Below, in pieces: positions 24,174 to 34,562 of a DNA stretch of 64,000 nucleotides (within the stretch, counting starts at the first letter, position 1; every line of letters starts with the position of its first letter). A program made the translations under genes and the position numbers. This DNA comes from Thermoprotei archaeon. Its GTDB lineage: Archaea > Thermoproteota > Thermoprotei > Gearchaeales > Gearchaeaceae. The notes under the pieces were generated by a model that was not told the DNA's origin, made no database searches, and saw only the letters and a program-made list of their open reading frames with translations. The DNA is taken from NCBI GenBank assembly GCA_017857595.1, contig JAFMCU010000002.1, positions 458 to 64,457 of the forward strand, in the 5' to 3' direction.

Positions 24174-25790
24174 ATGGTATTTGAAATAATAGATAAGACA
24201 CTATCAGCTAGAATTGGAAAGATTTACACTGCAAAAGGTTTTATAGAAACACCAGCATTGCTTCCAGTTATTAGTGTAAGCCCTAAAACCGAAATAATAG
24301 TTTGGTTAAAAGAACTTGGCTGTCGTTCTATCATCACAAACGCATACTTATTATGGAAGAAGCTAAAAGGTAAAAAAATTAACATCCATGAATATTTCTC
24401 ATTTCCTTATCCTATAATGACTGATTCTGGAGGTTATCAGATACTAAAATATGGAGAAGTAGAAATAACACCATTGAAGTCTTTGCTATATCAAATATCC
24501 ATATCAAGCGATATATGCACCTTACTTGATTATCCTACGGGACTAACTCATGATTTGGAAGAGGCCAAGCGTAGTGTAAATCTAACAATACGGAGGGCTA
24601 AAATGGCTAAAAAAATTTTAGATAATACTAGATCCTTAATTGTAGCTCCAATTCAAGGCGGGTTCTATTATAATCTTCTACGGAAATGCGCTAGAGATTT
24701 ACGCAATTTAGATTATCCTTATTATGCTATCGGTAGTCCTACAGGTCTTATGGAAAAATATGAATACGCTAAAGTGTTAAAAATGGTACTAATAGTTAAG
24801 CTAATTTTAGGTCCGCAATATCCTATTCATTTATTTGGTGCAGGTCATCCAATGTTTTTTCCTTTTATTGTAGCTTTAGGAATAGATACATTTGATTCAG
24901 CAGCGTATAGTATTTATGCTAAAGATAATCGCTACTTAACAAGAAGCAGAACATATAGATTAGAAGACCTAAATTATTTTCCATGTAATTGCGATATTTG
25001 CAGAAAATGGGAGACAAGTGAGTTTAAAAGATTAAATGAAACAGAGAGGAAATTGCTGCTGGAGAAGCATAATTTATATGTTTCGCTTGAAGAAATAAAG
25101 CATATAAAGTTACATATCGAAGAAGGTACATTATGGAATTATCTTCAAGAAAAAGCCCGAGTTCATCCGGCTTTATTCAGCGCTTTCCTTTTTATTAAAG
25201 ATAATATTAAATATTTAACAAGATATCATCCAATATCCAAAGCAGATGTGAGTGGAATATTTTTCTTTGATAAAGTTTCTTCAATACACCCTGATGTTAT
25301 AATTTATCGAAAAAAGTTCATAGAAAATTTTAAAGTTGCAGGTCCATACGTTCTCTTAATTCCATTTACTTCTTATAAGCCTTTTTCAAGAAGCAAAGAA
25401 ACTCTATATCTAATTAAATTACTTTTATCATCGTCCAGTGAAAATATACTACAAAGGATATCCATAATATATTATGGATATCCTTTCTTATTAGTTCCTC
25501 TAGAATTATCTGAAACTTATCCTACGGCACAATGGGAAGGAAAAATAGGCTCTTGCTATATTGACAAATCTTTTCAGTCTCACTTAAAAGACATATTCAA
25601 AATTGAATCGATTTTAAAGATTATAATTTTTTATGATAAAAAATATAAACGATTACTTAATATTTTATTAGACTTTTTCAAAGAGAATAACATTAACTTT
25701 ATTAATATTAATATGAATGATGGTTTGATTGAGACTTTAAAAGAAAATGAAAACATAATACTAAAAGAATTAAATCCAGCTAATGTTTAA
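24174..25790 (+). CDS. tgtA: Archaeosine tRNA-guanine transglycosylase (ArcTGT)
   Basis: 538 aa. IMTDSGGYQ, GAGHPMFF, FDSAAY and the zinc site CNCDIC. Confidence 0.85.
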   Translation: MVFEIIDKTLSARIGKIYTAKGFIETPALLPVISVSPKTEIIVWLKELGCRSIITNAYLLWKKLKGKKINIHEYFSFPYPIMTDSGGYQILKYGEVEITPLKSLLYQISISSDICTLLDYPTGLTHDLEEAKRSVNLTIRRAKMAKKILDNTRSLIVAPIQGGFYYNLLRKCARDLRNLDYPYYAIGSPTGLMEKYEYAKVLKMVLIVKLILGPQYPIHLFGAGHPMFFPFIVALGIDTFDSAAYSIYAKDNRYLTRSRTYRLEDLNYFPCNCDICRKWETSEFKRLNETERKLLLEKHNLYVSLEEIKHIKLHIEEGTLWNYLQEKARVHPALFSAFLFIKDNIKYLTRYHPISKADVSGIFFFDKVSSIHPDVIIYRKKFIENFKVAGPYVLLIPFTSYKPFSRSKETLYLIKLLLSSSSENILQRISIIYYGYPFLLVPLELSETYPTAQWEGKIGSCYIDKSFQSHLKDIFKIESILKIIIFYDKKYKRLLNILLDFFKENNINFININMNDGLIETLKENENIILKELNPANV

Positions 25791-25804
25791 TTATAATATT
25801 AATA

Positions 25805-26944
25805 ATGACTATAATAGATAATATAAAAAGATCACCAACTATAAGCCTAAGTGAGAAAATAAAAGACTTAAAATCGAAAGGAATCGAGGTTCTTTCTTTA
25901 TCAATAGGCGAACCTCATTTCAATACGGATAAGCGTATAATTGAAGAAGCCTATAATGCGATGCTCGAAGGTGATACACATTATGTTAATTCACAGGGTA
26001 TACTTAAACTAAGGGAAGAAATAGCAAATAAAGTTAAGCAAGAGAACTCAATACAAGCTCTTCCTTCTAATATAGCGGTGATACCTGCAAAGTTTGCAAT
26101 CTACGCCTCTTTGATTTCTTTGTTAGAAGAAGGTGATGAAGTAATGATATCTAATCCATGCTGGGTAAGTTATGAAAGCCAAATAATGCTAGCTAGAGGC
26201 AAACCAGTATATTATAATTTAAACGATGACTATTCTATAGATTTTGACGATCTTGTCTCTAAAATAACTAATAAAACGAGAGCGATAATAATCAATTCTC
26301 CTCATAACCCAACTGGGTATGTTTTGACATATAACGAAGTTAAACAATTAGTTGATATAGCAAAGGATTACGATATTTATTTGATTAGTGATGAAATCTA
26401 TGAAAAATTTATTTATGAAGGCGAGCATATTTCACCAGCAAGTTTAGAATTTGAACATATAATAACTATTAATGGTTTTTCTAAAGCTTATGCAATGACA
26501 GGTTGGAGATTAGGTTATGTTGTAGCTAATGATATAATCATTAATAAGATTGTATCATTCATTGATCAAACACTGACGTGTATGCCTCCATTTATTCAAA
26601 GGGCTGCTTTAAAATGTCTTCAAATTGGGGATAGTATATATAAATATTATAGAGATGAATATCGTAAAAATAGAGATTATGTCTACAAAATACTATCAGA
26701 ATTAAGCAATATTGAAGTGATTAAACCTAAGGGAACTTTCTACATGTTTCCAAAATATAATTTCCAAATAGATTCATTATCGTTTACTGAAAGTTTATTA
26801 GCGAAAGAAAAAGTAGCTGTTGTTCCTGGCATTGCATTTGGAAGTAAAGGCGAATATCATATTAGAATATCATTTGCAACATCGTATGATTTGCTAGAAA
26901 AAGCAATGGATAGATTTACTAGGTTTGTAAGAAAATTTGAATAG
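25805..26944 (+). CDS. Class I/II PLP aminotransferase (aspartate aminotransferase family)
   Basis: 379 aa. NSPHNPTG and FSKAYAMTGWRLGY motifs. Confidence 0.85.
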   Translation: MTIIDNIKRSPTISLSEKIKDLKSKGIEVLSLSIGEPHFNTDKRIIEEAYNAMLEGDTHYVNSQGILKLREEIANKVKQENSIQALPSNIAVIPAKFAIYASLISLLEEGDEVMISNPCWVSYESQIMLARGKPVYYNLNDDYSIDFDDLVSKITNKTRAIIINSPHNPTGYVLTYNEVKQLVDIAKDYDIYLISDEIYEKFIYEGEHISPASLEFEHIITINGFSKAYAMTGWRLGYVVANDIIINKIVSFIDQTLTCMPPFIQRAALKCLQIGDSIYKYYRDEYRKNRDYVYKILSELSNIEVIKPKGTFYMFPKYNFQIDSLSFTESLLAKEKVAVVPGIAFGSKGEYHIRISFATSYDLLEKAMDRFTRFVRKFE

Positions 26945-27685
26945 CTACATATACAATATTTTACTATCTGGCGGAGGTTGTTGTTTTAATTTCTCTATTT
27001 GTTGTGTGACATCTAATTCAAGTTTCTTTTCAAGTAGTAAATCTTGTTCAATTTTGGTTAAGTCTATTTTTGTTTTGAATTGTTCTATTAATATTTTAAG
27101 GGCTTTATACGTAGCCTTTAAATCATATTCATAAATTCTAGCATACGGTAAAATACAGACTGCTGGGAATTTCTTTTCCTCAAATTTAGCTAGTAATAAA
27201 GCAAGCGGACCTACAATGGATAACCTTTTCTCTAGCGGTTGAGCAAACGGTTTCATAATATTTTTAAATTGACTTGTATAAGCTATTCTAACATCATCAG
27301 AACCTTCCTTTACTTTTTCAGCCAATCCTCCAAATAAAATCGCAAACTTGAATTCGTTTTCTACAACCCAATTTGCAATTATATTTGCATAGCTATATAC
27401 ATCCTTTGATTCAGGAATAGCTTCATTGACAAGAATAATGAAATCATTAAAATTATATAATTCAAAAGGTAATCCTATTCTATCATTTTCCATTCTTATT
27501 ATCATTGGCATTCTTTTTAAACTAACATACCCTATAAATTCTGCTTCTTTTTGCATTGATAAATACTTAGATGTTAGATAACCGACAGCGCCAACACCAT
27601 GAAATCCAGTTATAAATACCTTATTTCTACCGATTGGCTGTTTAATTAGTTTAAAACCATTTTCCTTGAGTAATATTATTTTCAT
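26945..27685 (-). CDS. PAC2-family proteasome assembly chaperone (PbaA/PbaB-like)
   Basis: 246 aa. FITGFHGVGAVGYLTSKYL is typical of the PAC2/COG1938 family. Confidence 0.65.
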   Translation of the reverse strand: MKIILLKENGFKLIKQPIGRNKVFITGFHGVGAVGYLTSKYLSMQKEAEFIGYVSLKRMPMIIRMENDRIGLPFELYNFNDFIILVNEAIPESKDVYSYANIIANWVVENEFKFAILFGGLAEKVKEGSDDVRIAYTSQFKNIMKPFAQPLEKRLSIVGPLALLLAKFEEKKFPAVCILPYARIYEYDLKATYKALKILIEQFKTKIDLTKIEQDLLLEKKLELDVTQQIEKLKQQPPPDSKILYM

Positions 27686-27745
27686 CTATATAATTTACAA
27701 TAAATCATATATAAATAGAATGTAGTTGAGATTATCAATACTTCA

Positions 27746-29008
27746 ATGGCAGTGTTCATAAAATTATTAGGTGGTGGAGGTGAAATAGGTAGAAATGCGA
27801 TTGAAATAAATTATAATAATAACTCAATTCTACTAGATTATGGTGTTATATTTAATTCAGAAATTGGTTTTCCTCTTAATGTAAACTTAAAAAAATTAAT
27901 TGGTATTATAATTTCGCATGCGCATTTAGATCATATAGGGGCTTTACCTTTAATATACAGTTCTAGCATAAATCCTAAGATCTATTTTAATTCTATGACA
28001 TCAGAATTAATGAATTTACTATTGCTGGATTTTTTAAAAGTCTCTAAAGGGAATCTTCAATTTGACGAAACGGGAATTTTAAAAATATTTGAAAAAAGTA
28101 GTAATGTACCATTTAAATATGATTTCATTATCAATGATTTTTCGATTAAAGTAGGAAATGCAGGACATATACCAGGTAGCTGGATTATCAGTGTTGAAGT
28201 AAAAAATAAAAAAATACTATATACAGGTGATTTCAATGTATATGATACAAAGTTATTAAATGGAGCTGAAGTTATAGAAAGAAACGTAGACCTTTTAATT
28301 TGTGAATCTACATATGCATGTGTTAATCATATTGATAGGCAAAAAGTAGAAAAATTATTTATAGAAAAAGTTTTAGAAACTTTAGAGAATAAAGGTAATG
28401 TTTTAATTCCTTCATTTGCTGTGGGAAGGTCGCAAGAAATTCTATGCATATTACAGAAATATAACATTAAATATCCAATTTTTTTAGATGGAATGGCTAG
28501 AAAAGCAAGCAGTATCATGTTAAAATATCCCGAGTATTTTAAAGATTATAACTTACTTAAATCATCTCATGATTTAGCTATTTGGGTTAATAATGAGAGA
28601 GAAAGAAAGCGAATATTAGATGAGCCATCGATTATAATTTCGCCAGCTGGAATGCTTAAAGGTGGACCCGCTTTAAATTACATCAAAAAAATAATTTCTG
28701 ATTCTCGTAATTCTATATTATTCGTAGGTTATCTTGCAGAAAACACACCAGGGAGAGAAATTTTAGAATCTCACACATTTACAACTGAAACATCAAAAGA
28801 AAAAGTTAAGGCTAATGTATATTGGTTTGGTTTATCATCCCATACAGACATGAAAGGAATAATAGATTATATAAAAGAAGTTAATCCACAAAAGGTAATG
28901 TTTATACACGGAGAAGTTGAAAGAATAATCGAAATGAGTAAATTAATTAAAAATAATTATTCTATAGATATTATTTTGGGCAAAACCGGTGAAAGTATTG
29001 AAGTTTGA
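27746..29008 (+). CDS. Beta-CASP metallo-beta-lactamase RNase without KH domains (aCPSF2 / aRNase J-like)
   Basis: 420 aa. LGGGGEIGRN, HAHLDHIGALP, GDFN and ESTY motifs, with a C-terminal SSHTD..FIHGE. Confidence 0.75.
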   Translation: MAVFIKLLGGGGEIGRNAIEINYNNNSILLDYGVIFNSEIGFPLNVNLKKLIGIIISHAHLDHIGALPLIYSSSINPKIYFNSMTSELMNLLLLDFLKVSKGNLQFDETGILKIFEKSSNVPFKYDFIINDFSIKVGNAGHIPGSWIISVEVKNKKILYTGDFNVYDTKLLNGAEVIERNVDLLICESTYACVNHIDRQKVEKLFIEKVLETLENKGNVLIPSFAVGRSQEILCILQKYNIKYPIFLDGMARKASSIMLKYPEYFKDYNLLKSSHDLAIWVNNERERKRILDEPSIIISPAGMLKGGPALNYIKKIISDSRNSILFVGYLAENTPGREILESHTFTTETSKEKVKANVYWFGLSSHTDMKGIIDYIKEVNPQKVMFIHGEVERIIEMSKLIKNNYSIDIILGKTGESIEV

Positions 29009-29876
29009 TAAAAATTTTAGCTTTATTTTAGATTATATAGTTGTAATTTCATTACTTTCATCATTTTCATACTTTTTATCTTTATATTTACAATCGTCTA
29101 AATCATTTGTTAACCAAATCTCATCGATTATACAGACTACTCAAATTTCGATTATATTCGTTCAAAGTATATTATTAGTAGGTGCAGCGATATTAATGGC
29201 TATTATAATATTATTTTTATTAATAAAGAAAAATTATATCTTAATAAGATACATTTTTGTATTATTAATATGTTTTTCTGTATTATATATTAATATATTA
29301 TATTTCAATCCATTATACAATTTATTTTTAAATATTGAATATAATTTATTAATATACCTAATAATAATATTCATTTCTAGTTTGTTATCATATGGTGTTT
29401 TTTACGCTAAAAGTAATATATATAATGAGATTAGTTTAATAACAATAACAAGTCAAATTGGGGCTTTGCTAGGTAATATATTTAATATATTGCAAACGAC
29501 TATAATATTAATTTTATTTTCAATATATGATATTTTTTCTGTATTTTGGGGACCTATAGGTAAAATTGTTAGCAATTTAGAAAATGAAGAGAAATATAAT
29601 CTATCTCTTGATTCAAAAGAATCTGAATTATTTCTTCATGGCATGTTTCTTAGAATTAGTAATATAGAAATAGGTATAGGCGACTTAGTTTTTTATTCAA
29701 TGCTAATTTCTAATGTTACTTCATTAGGGGTTATCCCATTAATTTTTGCGTTAGTAGGAATTTCATTAGGTTATTTTATTACAATTAACATGACTAAAAA
29801 ATTTAGAATATTCCCAGGATTGCCTATACCTGTTATTATATCATTAGCTTTAATATGGATTTTTATATATTTATAA
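28989..29876 (+). CDS. Presenilin/signal-peptide-peptidase-like intramembrane aspartyl protease (A22 family)
   Basis: 295 aa polytopic protein. YD (FSIYDIFSVF), GxGD (IGIGDLVFYS) and a PAL-like FPGLPIP, in the canonical order. GTG start. Confidence 0.6.
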   Translation: MKVLKFDKNFSFILDYIVVISLLSSFSYFLSLYLQSSKSFVNQISSIIQTTQISIIFVQSILLVGAAILMAIIILFLLIKKNYILIRYIFVLLICFSVLYINILYFNPLYNLFLNIEYNLLIYLIIIFISSLLSYGVFYAKSNIYNEISLITITSQIGALLGNIFNILQTTIILILFSIYDIFSVFWGPIGKIVSNLENEEKYNLSLDSKESELFLHGMFLRISNIEIGIGDLVFYSMLISNVTSLGVIPLIFALVGISLGYFITINMTKKFRIFPGLPIPVIISLALIWIFIYL

Positions 29877-30060
29877 CGTTTACTTTCACATTATTTAAAA
29901 TTTCATTTACTTCATTTTGATCTTTAGCTTTATATGTGTATAACATATTCTTAGTTCTAATTTTTATTTTAATTTCTTCTTTGTTATGCTTTACTCTACA
30001 TTCAATCGCTTTTGGGATTATTTTCAATAGTTCTTCTTTACTTTTTATTTCATGAGGCAT
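29863..30060 (-). CDS. rpl38e: 50S ribosomal protein L38e (eL38)
   Basis: 65 aa. MPHEIKSKEELL....ECRVKHNKEEIKIKIRTKNMLYTYK parallels eL38 [37 protein letters not shown]. Confidence 0.65.
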   Translation of the reverse strand: MPHEIKSKEELLKIIPKAIECRVKHNKEEIKIKIRTKNMLYTYKAKDQNEVNEILNNVKVNVINI

Positions 30061-30096
30061 AATTTTCTATATTATTAACATATTATTAAAAAATTT

Positions 30097-30170
30097 TGGG
30101 CCGGCCCGGACTTGAACCGGGGACCCCTACCGCGTCAGGGTAGTATCCTACCAAGCTAGACGACCGGCCC
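30097..30170 (-). tRNA. tRNA-Val (GAC)
   Basis: GGGCCGG...CTACC-CTGACGC-GGTAG...CCCGG-TTCAAGT-CCGGG-CCGGCCC-A. Confidence 0.8.
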
Positions 30171-30171
30171 A

Positions 30172-30243
30172 TGGACCGGGAGGGATTCGAACCCTCGACC
30201 TTCCGCACGCCAAGCGGACATTCTACCACTGAACTACCGGCCC
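30172..30243 (-). tRNA. tRNA-Ala (GGC)
   Basis: GGGCCGG-TA-GTTC-AGTGGTA-GAAT-G-TCCGC-TTGGCGT-GCGGA-AGGTC-GAGGG-TTCGAAT-CCCTC-CCGGTCC-A. The G3:U70 Ala identity pair is present. Confidence 0.85.
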
Positions 30244-30270
30244 ACATTAAATTTCAAAAATTTTTATATT

Positions 30271-30417
30271 TTAATTTTTTAATTTTTTTGTTTTACCGAA
30301 GCCACAATATGCACAGAACTTTTTTGTAATATTATATGAATGATATCCACATCTTCTACATCTACCATGCGTTGGCTTTTTATTCCTTTTCCCAAAAGAT
30401 GTTGTACCTTTTACCAT
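30271..30417 (-). CDS. rpl37e: 50S ribosomal protein L37e (eL37), not in the ORF track
   Basis: My own translation gives [48 protein letters not shown]. It matches the eL37 pattern GKGT.SFGKR...H..CRRCG......K..C..CG. Confidence 0.85.
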   Translation of the reverse strand: MVKGTTSFGKRNKKPTHGRCRRCGYHSYNITKKFCAYCGFGKTKKLKN

Positions 30418-30418
30418 A

Positions 30419-30637
30419 TTATGCAGGAGATATCATGATAACATTATCTCCTCTTATGATTAAAGTTCCCAGTTTTCTCGTATTGCCGTCTTTTTGAACC
30501 TCTTCAGCTTCCTGCAATATAAGATTCATATGTAAATCATAGCTCTTTAAAATTCCTCTAATTTCCCTACCTCCTTTAAGTTTGATTAACACGGGTTGTC
30601 CCATCATTCCTTGCAGAAATTCTTGTGAAGATGACAT
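30419..30637 (-). CDS. Sm-like archaeal protein (SmAP1/LSm)
   Basis: 72 aa. [32 protein letters not shown]...[16 protein letters not shown]. Classic Sm-L37e gene pair. Confidence 0.85.
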   Translation of the reverse strand: MSSSQEFLQGMMGQPVLIKLKGGREIRGILKSYDLHMNLILQEAEEVQKDGNTRKLGTLIIRGDNVIMISPA

Positions 30638-30687
30638 TTTTTACTTTTATATTTCTTAATATTTAAACATTATATATAGTTTTCATA

Positions 30688-31179
30688 ATGAGTGAATTAA
30701 AAAAAGTAAGACAGCTCAGTAAATCTGAATCAAGAGAAATAGTTAAAATCGCAATTGAGAAGAATTTTTTAACTAAAAATGAAAAGATAAGACAAGTTGG
30801 AGTATACGATGTTTCAGACACTTCGAAAATTTTCATCATTAATAGTGATCCGATTCTTCTTCAGATTGATGGTGAAATATATCCGTCCCTTTTTAATGAA
30901 ATACGTAGTGTTTTGCCTAAAGTAGTAGTGGATGAAGGTGCTATAAAACATATATTAAACGGCGCTGATGTTATGGCCCCTGGCATAGTTTCTTTTCCAT
31001 CAGGCGTAAAGCAAAATGATTTGGTATCAATTCGCACTCAAAATAATAAAATAATAGGTATAGGGATTGTTATGGAATCGTTTGAAGAAAAACTGGCAAT
31101 GAAGAAAGGAAAAGTAATAAAGACTATTCACTATGTAGGAGATCCAATTTTTAGAATATGTTCAAAATTATCAAAATAA
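30688..31179 (+). CDS. PUA-domain RNA-binding protein (MCT-1/Tma20-like, COG2016)
   Basis: 163 aa. The C-terminal half VVVDEGAIKHILNGADVMAPGIV is typical of PUA domains. Confidence 0.6.
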   Translation: MSELKKVRQLSKSESREIVKIAIEKNFLTKNEKIRQVGVYDVSDTSKIFIINSDPILLQIDGEIYPSLFNEIRSVLPKVVVDEGAIKHILNGADVMAPGIVSFPSGVKQNDLVSIRTQNNKIIGIGIVMESFEEKLAMKKGKVIKTIHYVGDPIFRICSKLSK

Positions 31180-33084
31180 TTATTTCACTCTTATTGTTTC
31201 TCCAACTTCAGGTACATATGTTGATATATGAAAGTCTTTTCTTATTGCTTGGGATAAATTATGTAATTTACTAGGTTCTCCATGGCATAATATAACATTC
31301 TTTGGTTTGGTTGGCAAATTTTTTAAATAGTTTAGCAATTGTTGTCTATCTGAATGTCCTGAAAATCCTTCAGCAGAATACACTTTTAGCTTGACATGAA
31401 TAATTTCATTTTTTTCTCCAGGAAGATACACTTCTTTCGCTCCATCTTTAATTCTTCTGCCTAACGTGTTTTCAACTTGAAAGCTTGTAAAAATTATTGC
31501 ATTTTTTTCATCGCCAGCTAATAACTTAAAATATTCCACAGCAGGTCCACCTGTAAGCATGCCAGAGGTGGCTACTATGATACATGGACCTGCTTCGACA
31601 ACTTCTTTCCTATCAGCTACATCTTTAATCAAATTGAAGTACTCAGACGTGAATGGATTTACCCCTTCTCTAAAAACTTTTTCTTTAACTTCGTAGGAAA
31701 GTTCTTCTAAAAATGCAATGTGAATAGCAGTGGTTTCATGAATCATTCCTTCTACTAAAACAGGTACTTTAGGAAGCAAATTGTTTTCCATGCCTTCAAA
31801 TATGGTTAATAGAATTTCTTGTGCCCTTCCAACAGCAAGCATGGGCATTAATACTTTTCCACCGTTTTCAATAGTATTTTTAATTATTTCGATAAGTTGA
31901 TTAGTTGCTTCAATCCTATTTGGCATTATATCTTCAGGACCGCCATAGGTGCCTTCCATTATAATTGTTTCATTTCTTTTAAATTGATTGAATGCTTGGT
32001 CTAATAATCTAGTCTTAGCATATTTAAAATCCCCTGTATATACTAAATTATGATATCCTTCTCCAAAATGTAGATGAACTATACTAGAACCGAGTATGTG
32101 ACCAGCATTATATAATGTTAATTTAACATTAGGTGCGATATCAACAACTTCACCATAATCTAAAGTAAAAGTGTGTATTAAAGCATTAGTCAAATCAGCA
32201 TAGGAATAAGGAGCAGGTTTTCCTTCCTTTTGTGTAATATTAAGGTAGTCACTAATGATGAGTGTCATTAAATATTTAGTAGGTTCTGTCATGTATACTG
32301 GTCCTCTGTATCCATATTTGAATAAATAAGGCAAAGCTGAGCAATGGTCAAAATGAGCATGAGAAATTACTATAGCGTCTAATTTTTCAATTAACTTATC
32401 TATTAGGTAAAAAGCAGGAAATTCTTCATTTATAGTTTTTGCACCAGGCTTTAATCCTGCATCTAATAAAATGTTACTCGTATCTGTAGAAATAAGAAAA
32501 CAACTCCTTCCAACTTCATTGGCCCCTCCTAAATGTATTATTCTTATATTACCTACATTTTCAAGAATTGGTTCTCTATTAATTCTCATTCCTATGTTTA
32601 TTATTTCTTTATACTGTTCACTTAATTTTGAGAAAGTATATGAATCAACTGTTTTCATTATATCAGATTCTATAGGTGGTTTTCTATGGAGAATAACTTT
32701 CCAGCCGGTTTTATTTACTATTTCCCATATATTTACATCACCTCTACCTCTAATTAGGGAAGGTCTAAGAGCGTATAAGTGAACTTCTCCTCTAATATCA
32801 TCAAAATAAATTAAATTTTCATCTAATAACGCATCTTTTGGTACTAAACTTTTTATAATTTCTTTAGCTTTTTCCTTTTCAACTCTAATTTCATCTAGTG
32901 GTCTAATTAGTATTTTTTTTCTTAATGCCTTAGCCAGCTTAGGTGCTATTCCGGTCTCTCCTGTTATTAAAGAAATATTATCAGTGTATAATGATAGATA
33001 AGGACCTTCGAATTCTATTTTAATGTTAACATCTTTTGGTAAGTATTCAAATAAAACATTCTTAATTTTATCATATAAAGACAT
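31180..33084 (-). CDS. aCPSF1 / FttA: KH-domain beta-CASP ribonuclease (transcription termination factor)
   Basis: 634 aa. N-terminal KH-like region, then GGANEVGRSC, HAHFDHCSALP, GDFK and a C-terminal GFSGHSD..LCHGE. Confidence 0.85.
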   Translation of the reverse strand: MSLYDKIKNVLFEYLPKDVNIKIEFEGPYLSLYTDNISLITGETGIAPKLAKALRKKILIRPLDEIRVEKEKAKEIIKSLVPKDALLDENLIYFDDIRGEVHLYALRPSLIRGRGDVNIWEIVNKTGWKVILHRKPPIESDIMKTVDSYTFSKLSEQYKEIINIGMRINREPILENVGNIRIIHLGGANEVGRSCFLISTDTSNILLDAGLKPGAKTINEEFPAFYLIDKLIEKLDAIVISHAHFDHCSALPYLFKYGYRGPVYMTEPTKYLMTLIISDYLNITQKEGKPAPYSYADLTNALIHTFTLDYGEVVDIAPNVKLTLYNAGHILGSSIVHLHFGEGYHNLVYTGDFKYAKTRLLDQAFNQFKRNETIIMEGTYGGPEDIMPNRIEATNQLIEIIKNTIENGGKVLMPMLAVGRAQEILLTIFEGMENNLLPKVPVLVEGMIHETTAIHIAFLEELSYEVKEKVFREGVNPFTSEYFNLIKDVADRKEVVEAGPCIIVATSGMLTGGPAVEYFKLLAGDEKNAIIFTSFQVENTLGRRIKDGAKEVYLPGEKNEIIHVKLKVYSAEGFSGHSDRQQLLNYLKNLPTKPKNVILCHGEPSKLHNLSQAIRKDFHISTYVPEVGETIRVK

Positions 33085-33093
33085 CAGAGCACT

Positions 33094-33735
33094 TTATAAG
33101 TATTTTTTAATTTCTTCTTCTTTAAGAAACACAATCCCTTCCTTAGTCACATAAGCAACATCTATACCTTCTCCAGTAAACAAATCCCATCTTATTGCAC
33201 TTTTTAATGCATCAACAGCTAATTTTAATGCATCATCTAATGATAATTTAGGATTATATCTGGATTCAATTACACCTAAAGCATAAGGTGAGCCTGATCC
33301 TCTTGCAATATATTTCTCTTGCGTTAGTGATCCTAACGGGTCTATTGTAAATAAGGACGGTCCAAAATCATCATACCCACCCAAATTGAGCTCAACTATG
33401 TATGGCAATATTCGTGAGCTAAAAAGTAATATGGATGCATAATTTGCTAAACTTTTAATTGGTATTCTTCTATCACTATTCATAGAATAAAGTTTTGATC
33501 TTATCCTTAGCTGATCTACTATAAATTGCGCATCTGCTACACCACCGGCAATAGTAGTAATAACATGTTCATCGATTTCTAAGATTTTTTTACCTACTTT
33601 ATGTGCAATTTTCTTACTATACGATTCGGTAACTCTTCTATCAGCTGCAAAAATTACTCCTTCTTCAACTGTTATTGCTACGGTAGTTGTTCCAGTATGA
33701 ATTATATTTATATTGGATTTATCCAAGAATTTCAC
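33094..33735 (-). CDS. psmB: Proteasome beta subunit (catalytically competent type)
   Basis: 213 aa. Propeptide ...IIHTG followed by TTTVAI (Thr1), with Asp17 (AADRR) present. Confidence 0.85.
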   Translation of the reverse strand: MKFLDKSNINIIHTGTTTVAITVEEGVIFAADRRVTESYSKKIAHKVGKKILEIDEHVITTIAGGVADAQFIVDQLRIRSKLYSMNSDRRIPIKSLANYASILLFSSRILPYIVELNLGGYDDFGPSLFTIDPLGSLTQEKYIARGSGSPYALGVIESRYNPKLSLDDALKLAVDALKSAIRWDLFTGEGIDVAYVTKEGIVFLKEEEIKKYL

Positions 33736-33789
33736 CTATTTAAAAGATTTATGAATAAATTATTAAATATAACTTATAAATGTATCTTT

Positions 33790-34527
33790 TTACTTATTTA
33801 GAATTCTTTCCTTCACTTCTTCTGGTCTTTTCCATTCTATTTCAAATTTCACATTATTAATTTTTTTGAATAAATCTTGTATGTCATTTAGATATAATCT
33901 TAATGCCTGCTGTGAATCAGGTATATCGAGGATATCATCTTTTAATTTTACAGTTAAACTATCATCTTTCAATTCTAAGGCAACGTCTTCTTTCTTTAAT
34001 GTTTTAATTCGTTGAATAATCAACTCTATTAACTTTTCTTCATCGCTCAATAATTTTCTTTTAAAAATAATTTTATATATCAAACTTTTACCAGCTAGGG
34101 GGTGGTTAAAATCAATTATTGCACGTCCACCGCTCACTCCTATCACAGTTCCTTCTTTATCTTTAACACGGATTATATCACCTGGTCTTGGTATAACCCC
34201 TTCTTTGGCCATTTCTTTAACATTTATAACTTTAATTTTAGTAGGATCTTTAATTCCAAAAGCCTTCTCTGGTTCTAATTCAATCGTTACTTCATTACTA
34301 GTGATTTCTCCTAACTTTAGTAATTTTTCTTCGACATTTTGGTTAAATCTATTAGATCCTAATATTAATAAAATGGGAGTAAAGCTTAGACCCTCTTTTG
34401 AGAACTTTTCTTTTTTAGCTACGTCTTCTATATTTGTATCTATTAGTTGGTTATTCTCTTTAATTCTAACTTCAAAATCTACTAAATAATAGCTGCCTTC
34501 TTCAAGCGTTAATTTTTCTTCTGACAT
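33790..34527 (-). CDS. Long-type FKBP peptidyl-prolyl cis-trans isomerase
   Basis: 245 aa. YYLVDFEVRI..N.LIDTN and FNHPLAGKSLIYKIIF motifs. Confidence 0.7.
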   Translation of the reverse strand: MSEEKLTLEEGSYYLVDFEVRIKENNQLIDTNIEDVAKKEKFSKEGLSFTPILLILGSNRFNQNVEEKLLKLGEITSNEVTIELEPEKAFGIKDPTKIKVINVKEMAKEGVIPRPGDIIRVKDKEGTVIGVSGGRAIIDFNHPLAGKSLIYKIIFKRKLLSDEEKLIELIIQRIKTLKKEDVALELKDDSLTVKLKDDILDIPDSQQALRLYLNDIQDLFKKINNVKFEIEWKRPEEVKERILNK

Positions 34528-34562
34528 AATTTTACACCTTAATGTTCTCTATTTATTGTTAT

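Noticed and set aside
26937-27134. 65-aa plus-strand ORF after the aspartate aminotransferase gene
   Set aside because: It overlaps the 3' end of the PAC2 gene on the other strand, is Cys/Ser/Phe-rich, and has no start context or homology.
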